Assembly (NCBI GenBank): GCA_951406725.2
Contig: OX597817.1
Location: 123,380,001-123,444,000 of the forward strand
Direction: 5' to 3'
Length of the DNA stretch: 64,000 nucleotides
Source: Octopus vulgaris
Taxonomy: Eukaryota
The notes beneath the pieces were generated by a model, which did not search any database, was not told the origin of the DNA, and saw only the letters and a program-made list of their open reading frames with translations. A program made the position numbers and the translations under genes. Below, one piece after another: positions 26,201-34,150 of this stretch (positions are counted from its first letter, which is position 1; every line of letters starts with the position of its first letter).

Positions 26201-27272
26201 AGTCTTGTTTCCAAGTGGGAGCTGCATCTTCATCAGCCGATCGTTGATACCCTCGGGGGGGCTTTCCAGTTTCCGCACGTGTACTGACTTAATGGCAAAA
26301 CCAACACCAGCCACACGACGCTCTTCGCTGCTGCGACCACTCCAAAAGAAAGTGTAGCCGCCGCCTGTCTCTGTCAGCTGGCATTTGTCCACAAGGCGGG
26401 TCTCGCTCAGTGCTGCAATATCGACATTGTATCGGCTCAGTTCTCTGGCCACCAGGGCAGTTCGTCTCTCTGGTCTGTCCGCTTTGGTGTTGTCAAGCAG
26501 AGTTCTCACGTTCCAAGTTGCGAAAGTGAGCACCTTTGTTTGTTTTCTTCTTTCTTTGTTTCGACCGCTTGGAAAGGATCCCCGCCAGCCGCGGTTTGCT
26601 GACCAGGTGAGGTGAGGCAGGCTATGTTTAGGGCAACCTTTTCTAGCCCCGTCCTCATGCTGGGGAGGCGAGCAGAGCGATCCTGAAGAGGGCTGCTCGG
26701 TCACTCAGGAGGCTGCCGGACTCCACTGCTGCCTCAGTTCAGTGAGGGGCTATCACATGTCCTGAGCCGCCTGTGTGTGGGTTCACGACTGCAGATCCCA
26801 GTGTATCCTCAACTGCTACTTCGCCGTTTCCCCATCGCCACAGGACTGTGGGATGGTGTCATGACGTCATGATGTCGTGACATGCGCGTGAATTGGATTA
26901 TAGTGAGGGTGACTTGCGTAGGATCAGCCTCACTCTCTCGTCCTGGTGCGCCGGATCCAGTGGCAAGACAAAGTCAAGACGACTGGGGGTAGACCAAGAT
27001 GCAGGAGCTGCCGGAAGGTGGCACGCATGGCGCAATCCAACCGCCTTAGGGGCTCCACTCCGGATTTTGGATGGCCATTGACTCATGAGAGAGTTCCTCT
27101 GCCCTTTGACAGGTTTTGTTTTTAGTCCTGCTGGGTGTCCAAATCACCCTCCTCACCAAGAAATCTTGGTGGGGTTGCCAGTTTAGTCGCCAACAACCCG
27201 ACCATGTAACAGGTTGTACTGGGTTACATGTTACCAGTAGCTCCAAGCGGAGACCTTTGAATTTTCATTTTC
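23276..27272 (-). mobile_element. Full-length RTE-clade LINE, about 4.0 kb
   Basis: 13-bp TSD AAAGATAATAATA (23263-23275 and 27273-27285), (ATT)n tail, ~35-nt 3' UTR, ~570-nt 5' UTR and a single long ORF. It is clearly more GC-rich than its flanks. Confidence 0.96.
23330..26704 (-). CDS. RTE LINE polyprotein: APE endonuclease, reverse transcriptase and C-terminal C2H2 zinc finger (1124 codons open)
   Basis: EN motifs TWNVRTL, LSETR, SAYAPT, LGDFNARVG, HLIDY, WTDHRL. RT motifs RGISLLS, QCGFR, DLTKVFD, GVRQGCVLAPTLF, LFADD, FTYLGS. Zinc finger CPTCGRGFLARIGLTSHLRSH. The annotated start is GTG, so the true start is uncertain. Confidence 0.96.
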   Translation of the reverse strand: MTEQPSSGSLCSPPQHEDGARKGCPKHSLPHLTWSANRGWRGSFPSGRNKERRKQTKVLTFATWNVRTLLDNTKADRPERRTALVARELSRYNVDIAALSETRLVDKCQLTETGGGYTFFWSGRSSEERRVAGVGFAIKSVHVRKLESPPEGINDRLMKMQLPLGNKTSATIISAYAPTMTNPEEVKDRFYEELDSLITSAQPGKLILLGDFNARVGTDHQAWHRVLGKQGIGKCNNNGQLLLRACASHDLTIANTLFRLPTRNKTSWMHPPSKHWHLIDYVIVRAKDRRDVRLVKAMCGADCWTDHRLIISRMDFYIRPKRRPQGQKVTRKLNITKLKNQLTAQDLQSRMDSKLLDIRSDQSSIDEQWESFRDTVHSISLETLGQVTRNHQDWFDENDQEIQKLLEEKRRLLRAHQNDTTCTAKKAAFNNIRSTVQAKLRLMQDAWLSAKADEIQGYADKHDTKKFYEALKAVYGPQFSFGSTPLLSSDGTSLLTNKMLILERWAEHFNIVLNRPAQINEEAIARLPQVPTNHELAVPPAVEEVSRAIKKMSTGKAPGSDAIPAEVFKSGCPTMISQLTSLFQSMWDREQLPQDFRDATIVHIYKQKGDRQSCDNHRGISLLSIAGKILARVLLDRLLEHLEQGLLPESQCGFRAGRGTTDMIFAARQLQEKCMEQHLDLCMTFVDLTKVFDTVSREGLWKVMGKFGCPSKFIAIVRQFHDGMTARVLEDGNSSEAFQVTNGVRQGCVLAPTLFSIMFSAMLSDAFRDCKSGIDIKYRTDGKLFNSRRLQAVTKVRETVVREILFADDCALNAIDEQEMQLEMDRFSSACDNFGLTISAKKTEVMFQPAPGKQYHEPQIRVNGRILRVVENFTYLGSTLSCNANIDAETINRISKASSAFGRLRKKVWERRGISLNTKLKVYWAVVLTTLLYGCETWTAYRRHERQINHFHLRCLRNLLHIRWQDKVPDTEVLKQADHPSTITIMRKAQLRWAGHVSRMSDTRIPKQLFYGELGQGRRKVGGQKKRYKDSLKVSLKDFSIGTETWETLAANRSSWRSAITVGAGTAEEGRIRSAEQKRQMRKARAACTSSTAPTHFCPTCGRGFLARIGLTSHLRSHGGSSIR

Positions 27273-27325
27273 AAAGATAATAATATAATGTATATAACAG
27301 GCAATACACATATATGCATACACAG

Positions 27326-27358
<33 letters not shown>

Positions 27359-27451
27359 CAGACATATACTAAATGTTCTACTATATGAGATTGTAAATCG
27401 AAAGATGCGTCCTTCAATGTCACTATATATATATATACATGCTTACACATG

Positions 27452-27628
27452 AAATATTAGAGAAAAACCCACCTTCTATCGAATCAAAATGAACAATCAA
27501 ATTACACCATCTTGAAAATTGCATATCATAGGAAGGTTAAAATTAGAATGACAATTGGGAAGTAAAGATCAAGTAAATTGCAAAAACAATATAATGTATA
27601 TAACAGGTAACATATACATACACACACA

Positions 27629-27678
<50 letters not shown>

Positions 27679-27730
27679 TTAAATGTTCTACTATATCATA
27701 TTGTAAATCGAAAAATTTGTCCTTCAATGT
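27452..27730 (+). repeat. Copy 2 (uninterrupted) of the ~290-bp tandem unit
   Basis: Aligns by eye to 23135-23275 joined to 27285-27420. Confidence 0.85.
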
Positions 27731-27913
27731 ATGTTGAGTAAAGTTTCAGCCATTTAATTTGGGCGAGAACTTAGCTATTAAATGTTTTTCCATATTCCTC
27801 CTGAAGGAGGTGTCGTTCTTCGGACACTTGTAGAAGGGAAAGATCTTAAATTTTCCTTCTCCACATGTACCTAAGTGTGTGCTTAGTGGTATTTTGCGTA
27901 GTTCTTCCTACCT

Positions 27914-28144
27914 ATTTCTTTTTACCCACAAGGGGCTAAACACAGAGCGGACAAACAAGGACAGACATAGGTATTAAGTCGATTACATCGACCCCAGTGC
28001 GTAACTGGTACTTAATTTATCGACCCCGAAAGGATGAAAGGCAAAGTCGACCTCGGCGGAATTTGAACTCAGAACGTAGCGGCAAACGAAATACCGTTAG
28101 GCATTTCACCCGGCGTGCTAACGTTTCTGCTAGCTCGCCGCCTT
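27914..28144 (-). mobile_element. SINE type A
   Basis: Reverse complement reads AAGGCGGCGAGCTAGCAGAAACGTTAGCACGCCGG...GAGTTCAAATTCCGCCGAGGTCGACTTTGCCTTTCATCCTTTCGGGGTCGATAAATTAAGTACCAG. Confidence 0.92.
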
Positions 28145-29010
28145 CAACCTCATGCACATTGATGAACAACAGGCCGTGCAGGAAATGAGCCATGGTACGG
28201 AAAAGTTGTAATCCGTTGGCGAAAGTTCTGAACACAGACAGGATGAGGCAGCAATTCCCGCCCCTCAAGTTCCCCAAGTTTGCACTTGGTAACATTGGCA
28301 GTGTGTGCTGTGTCAATGTCATGCAGTGGGAGTGCGCATGTTCGATAGACCAATGCCATGTAATGAGCTTTCAAAGCATCATATACTCACTGCAGTCGTT
28401 GAGAATAAAAGTTAGCGTTCACGGCATCACCAAATGGGACATACACATATGACAACAACCCCTCGAAATTCCGCCAAATACAGATGACCTCCTGTTCAAC
28501 CTACCATTGTTTGTTTGATAACTTGTCCTGAATGAAACCACTGATTTCTTTTATTGTGAAATTAGATCCATTTTTCATCTCCAGTTACAATTAGACGCCA
28601 AAAACGGGCACCCTGAGGATTTGCAAGCAGTTTTTTGCAAGTGTCCACACGTCGTTGATCTTGGTTCATGAGGAGCTTTTTGAAAGCCTCTGTTCGCAAG
28701 GCCGAGTTTATGTCTATGGATTGATGGTGCTTTGTGAAAGTCCAAGATCTACTGGCAATGTGCATATGGTTGTGTTTGGTTGTTGTTGTTCAACCATTTC
28801 AAACAAGGCTTCATCTTCTTTGTTGTGTTTTCGGAGTTGGTGTCACCTTCCTTGAAATGTTTGAACCTGTTTTGTGTTACACGTTTGTTTGGACCTTCCA
28901 CGTCATTAATTTCTTTTGTCGCAGCTCTTGCACTTAGTCCATTTCTTCTTGGGTATCTTCAAGTGGCTCTCATTGCAATCTTTATACCATTCCTTTTCAA
29001 AGCTGTAGAA
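28145..29010 (-). mobile_element. Decayed mariner transposase, truncated by the SINE
   Basis: FWRLIVTGDEKWI (first catalytic D), VNANFYSQRL, LPLHDIDTAH, LLPHP, and FRTMAHFLHGLLFINVHEVE, with stops and frameshifts. Confidence 0.88.
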
Positions 29011-29064
29011 TAAAGAACATGCAATTAACCTTTATATGTTATATAGGAAAATAAGGAACAAACA

Positions 29065-29250
29065 ATTCGGCTATTGCTGTAGCAGCATTTCCTCCTGCTC
29101 TTTACGTTCTGGGCTCAAATTCTCGCAAGATCGACTTCGCCTTTCATTATTTCGGTGTCGATAAAATAAGAATCAATCTAGTACGGTGGAGATGATATAA
29201 TCGACTTGCTTCCTAACCTCAAAATTATTGGCCTTGTATTAAAATTTAAA
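29065..29250 (+). mobile_element. Diverged SINE type A
   Basis: TTTACGTTCTGGGCTCAAATTC...GCCTTTCATTATTTCGGTGTCGATAAAATAAG. Confidence 0.7.
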
Positions 29251-30382
29251 ACATTATGTAGGCCTAACTGAGAAAGTAGTATTCCCGACTGATCAAATCT
29301 GTAAAGAAATGAGTTCTGACAATCCAGTATGGTTGTTCAAGTATAGATTATAGATTTCAGTTTTTGTTAGTAGGCAGTGATTTCAGAGACGTTTGACACT
29401 TGGTTCTGGTTTTTGCTATTCAAATTAATAGACATAATTTCAATTTTGAAAACCATTATGATCAAGAAATAAATAAAATGTGTTGAAACAAGAATTGAAA
29501 CAGGTTTCTGAATTTTTAACTTTAGATTGCCTGTAGTTTACCACTTATTTAAAGATATTGTTACCTTATGTAATGCAGATTACAAAATATAAAAGGAAAA
29601 GTTTTGCCAACTCATTTTCCCATTACTAATAAATTATCTGATATATGGTTGTTTTATACGGACAATTTATGTCATAAAGAATTTTCTTCGTCATCGTTCA
29701 TTGCCTTATAACCTGAACACAAATAGAAAAACTTTTGCCAACCTCAGAACAAATTTAATTATGCATAGTGATCAATTTTCATCTATCTTCCAAATTCGTT
29801 TGATGCTAAGTTTTAGAACCTTTGAAAATGGATCTAAATACATATGCAGTTTCTTGCTGCCAAATATATTTAGCTATGACATCAATAAATTTCTGCATCT
29901 GTGTTTACTAACTAAGAATATCTTCATAGAATACTGTCAAAATGGACATGATGAATTTCTAAAGATAATCTATATGATTCTTTGTTATAGAGTTCCGATT
30001 CAAAATTGGTAAGCAGATGGGTGATAGATAATGACAAGAGTAATGATGGAAGTGACAAAAGCAATAATGATGATGATAGCGACAGTGGTGGCGTGGATAA
30101 TGATGTTAAGGCAGTAAATTATTAATGCATTAGTCATCATCTTATTGAGCGTGTTTGTTTAAAACTAAAGTACAGTCACTAATGTTATTTTAATCAGCAG
30201 TCTGAACAAATGTTGAAATCAATCGTGTTACTCAACTAGAATCTAAATAAAAATATTATTTATAATTTTATGGCGGTAAGTTGACAGAAATAGTGGTGCA
30301 CCAGACCGGATCGGACTGATTCAGGCTAAGAGCCTCGTTCTAGTACTGTCTTTCATTTGTCTGGATTGCTAGTTCAAATCAC

Positions 30383-32685
30383 ACTAAAGATATTTGCTTT
30401 TCGACTTCCTGAATTCGGTAAGATAAATACTAATAATATGCTAGAAGAAAATATCAATTTTGATATTCATGTTCCTAAACATTAGTTTCCTTGATTACCA
30501 AGTTTACAATAAGTATTAGATGTGATGAGGTGAAATTGTGTGTTTAGCTTTTGTAGCTTATCACACAATTTCAGGTAAAAAGACTATTTATTACATGATC
30601 CTTGAAGTTGTTAGAAATAGTAGCTAGAACTCACTCAAATCACACTCTACCATTGTAAAAAGCTGGAAAAGTATTGGAAATAATATTGCAGCACCAAATG
30701 TATCATTCCTGAGAGTAGAACGCGAAATAATTGCTGAGTCACATTTAATCATCTCAATCATGGCTAAAATAGAGGCTAAACAACAACGACGGAATTCTGA
30801 ATCTGCCGGCAAACATTAACCAATTGCCGTGTAAGAAATGAAAATACACTTGACTTCTTTATAGTATAATAATATCGTAAGATAAAAAAAAATGATACAA
30901 TTATCCTTACATCCAAGAACTATTCTAACCATCGTCGTTATATACTTAATGGTACTAGTAGCATGTCATTTTCGTTTTCTATGAAAAGAGATTACTAACT
31001 AGAAGTTCCAACTTTTTTCAATTACCGGTGAAAAGAACGGTGTGAGAGGTTTCTTCTACGTCCCCTATCCTAGTGCAGTGTTGTCGATTTTGAAAGAGAG
31101 AAGGGAAGGGAGAGAGACAACAAGGAGAGATAATTTGCCTTTAATGTTAACTATATCTCTGTCTATATAAATATAAGATATGTCATATATACTCTTCAAC
31201 TCTTTAACTAGCTTCAACTTGAGAACTGCGGTCATGCTGGGGCACCACCATTATTTATGTTAGACCTTCATTACTTGAAACTTCCCCTGGATGAGGAAGT
31301 TTGAAGCTGCTACCCTCATCTGTGTCTTTTGTCGCGAGGAATACTCATCAAGAACTCTAGACGGAAGGAGACCCAGTTTTGGGTTCGAGAAACCTACATC
31401 CACCCCATGCAGGTCCCACCGGCTTTTAGGGAATACTGAAGAGCAGTGAGCCCTTGACGCCCAAGCTGTTGCAATATATGGTCCTATATCTTGATGACGA
31501 TGCTGGGATCTCTGGCACTGGTAACCCGTTCTGCTGTTTGTGTAACTTTCAATTCCAAAGTGTGGTACAAGTCTTTCCAGGATTCTTCAGATGTATATCA
31601 AAGCATGTCTTTCCAGCCTTTGTTCTACGGAGTAAAGTCTTAACTTTTCCAACGATTCTAAATAGCTGACATGTCGCATTGCAACGATCTACTTGGTGTA
31701 TCTTCGCTGGATTGTTTCGAGTTCTGTCGTCAATTTTACAGTGTGGTGATCATAGTTGGGAGCATTAGTCTAAGCAGCTGAGGACATATGTCATCCAGAG
31801 AACCATCACGGTTTCCTGTTTTCTCGTTCTGACATGTTCTAAGCATCCATCCGGCCAGTCGCCTGCATTTTATTGCCAACTTTGTTATATGCATCCGGAA
31901 AGATACATCATTACACATGTCAATACCCTGGTCTTGCACTGGTTTTGATTCAACGATTGTCATCCCTGCTGGCCAATGTATCTTGTCAGCATTTCATTCA
32001 GTTTCATGTTCTGATAGCACAGCGCTTGAAATTTTTCAGCATTAAACTGCACATTATTGTCCCCAGTCCACTTATACATTGCGTCTATCTCCCGTTGCAG
32101 GTGCGCAAAACCTCGTGGATTTTGTATCCTCTGAGACACTTTTGTATCGTCTGCATTACTAGAAAGGGTGGCTATCTGAGCAGTTATAAGCATATCTCAG
32201 AGGACCATTATGAATAGCAGTGGCCCTTCGAAAGTGCCGAGTAAAACATTACTCACTGTTTGTGTTTAATTAGAGGTGGATCCATTTGCCACCACTGCTT
32301 GGCTTCTGTCGTTTTAAAGGTCGTGTAGCCTCTCTCCAAGCTTCTCGGCAACACTAAGATCACGTATTTTGTGACATATCATACCATATTTTATTTTATC
32401 AAAGACTTTTGCAAAGTTGAAATATATCTGGTCCACATTTAAGTTGTTGTGCAGCTACTTTAACGCTCAGTCGTAGCGTTGTAAAAGCTGCCAAAGTTAT
32501 TGGATAACTAAAGATATTTGCTATTCGATTTCTGAAGTCGGTATGATAAATATTAATAATATACTAGAAGAAAGTCAATTTTTGATATTCATGTTCCCAA
32601 ACAGTTTTTTTTATTATCAATATGATGAGGTGGAATTGTGTGTTTGGCTTTTGTAGCTTATCACACAATTTCAGGTAAAAAGACT
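30383..32685 (+). repeat. ~190-bp direct repeat pair (30383-30585 and 32507-32685)
   Basis: Both copies begin ACTAAAGATATTTGCT and end GCTTTTGTAGCTTATCACACAATTTCAGGTAAAAAGACT. Confidence 0.9.
31270..32490 (-). mobile_element. Decayed CR1/L2-like LINE RT and 3' region
   Basis: IYFNFAKVFDK (about 32400-32430) and LSSNADDTKVSQRI...MYKWTGDNNVQFNAEKFQAL (ORF 31960-32193). Confidence 0.85.
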
Positions 32686-33489
32686 TATGAATTGCTGGCC
32701 TTGTGTCTGAAAGATCAGAAACAATAATCATTATTTTTTAACTGTTTCATATCATTTATTAGATATTTATTCATAACTTCACGTTATTGCAATAGAGCAG
32801 TAGGTAGTTCTAGTTTCCAAACTCTTTGAGAGGAATACGCAAAAATGGGGCTTAACCTCTTATATCTCGTTAATTCAGAATTAGGATTTAAAAATTTAAT
32901 ACTCCTAAATCATTCCGTGTTTCTAAATCATAGCAAAGACCCATATGCCATGTAGTGGTGTTAAAATGGATTAGTTCTTCATAATTATTGTTGTTCAGTC
33001 TCAAGTCAACATTGTTAGGGCAAACCTATAATTAGAGTTGTTACACTCATCACTATCACGCCCGTTTGTGTTCTGACGATATTACCGAGAGTGTACTTTC
33101 TTATTTTAAGGTAGTTTGAGTTATGATTTGGATTAGATTGAGCTTTATTTCTAGCAAGTTATCCGACTGTTTGGATCATTCCTCGTCAGCTCGGCGTAAC
33201 AGTGAGTTAAAATACATTGCTTATTGACACAGCACAGCTCTTGTAATAAGTTAGAATCGCCTGATGCTTCATAATATATATGTATATACGGTGTCTACAT
33301 GAGCGTAGTTTTCCACTGTGAGATTTATTGGAGTAAACTATCCTGTAAATAAGATAGAAGACTATGGCAAACAGACATATAGACACACACACACGCACAT
33401 AAGCACGCACATACATATGGGTATACACACGCATATGGCTAAACACACTCACACACACGTTTTCAACAGGTTTTTGATTCACAAGGATT

Positions 33490-34150
33490 TGCATCTCCCC
33501 TTGCCCATGGCCTGCACCCCACTGCCTTCCGTAAATCCCATCCTCAGATCTACTACGTTACTTCTTCACCTACTCTGTTTGTCATTTATTGGAGCACTGA
33601 ACCTAACTCTTCTGGACTTCTAGGAGCGTAATAATATCGACCAGGTCCTGATCCGTTAGGCGCCTGTCTTCGGTGTACTGTTTCCGGCAGTTGGCACATT
33701 TATGGCTGTATGCTTCACAAACTCACTGACTAAAAGAAACGATGAAAATAACTGAAGATAAACCTGTTTCACTACTGTGGTGATAGTGCTCAACCAAAAT
33801 GCTTGTCGTAACCTTATTTCATACCATACCATACCAAGATACATGTCTTCTGTGCTGAATCATTTTATGGCGATAAAAGTCTTGGCCGAGAATAGAGAGT
33901 TGCATCACACTTACAATGGTCCAATGAAAACGTGAAGAATGTTGTTCAGCTACGCTCTCACATCTAACCAAATCTTTCCAATTGCTAACATCTGGTCTAG
34001 TCTTCCAGTTTTGTGAAGTTAGAAAAATAGACAAAATGTTAGCGACATGAATCGTATATGGCGTCAATGTGGTTACTCCACACATTAGAAAAAGCAGCTG
34101 TTCTTCCTCAAATATCAGTCTACTTTTGAATGAGAAGGACATGGGTGCTA
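33490..34150 (-). mobile_element. Very decayed RTE/RTE-X-like LINE C-terminal fragment
   Basis: LFLMCGVTTLT (cf. LLYGCETWTLT) and DVSNWKD remnants only. Confidence 0.35.

Larger units (their letters stand above)
23135..27420 (+). repeat. Copy 1 of an ~290-bp tandem unit, split by the RTE insertion (23135-23275 plus 27273-27420)
   Basis: TCAAAATGAACAACCAAATTACACCATCTTGAAAATTG lies left of the LINE and ATAATGTATATAACAGG...AAATGTTCTACTATAT...TTGTAAATCGAAA...TCCTTCAATGT lies right of it. Both match the uninterrupted copy at 27452-27730. Confidence 0.85.

Noticed and set aside
23206-26615. Plus-strand and alternate-frame ORFs of 60-236 aa overlapping the RTE ORF
   Set aside because: Expected shadows of a GC-rich coding sequence, with no independent motifs.
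26815-26860. HDV-like ribozyme around CCACAGUCCUGUGGCGAUGGGGAAACGGCGAAG in the LINE UTR
   Set aside because: It has a GGCGAA-like segment, but I could not build the P1/P2/P3/P1.1 nested pseudoknot, and it is far from the element's 5' end.
27130-27260. Twister ribozyme at the LINE 5' end
   Set aside because: Partial resemblance (CUCCGC, GAGGAGGGU), but the conserved GGUCCCAAGCCC-type core is absent.
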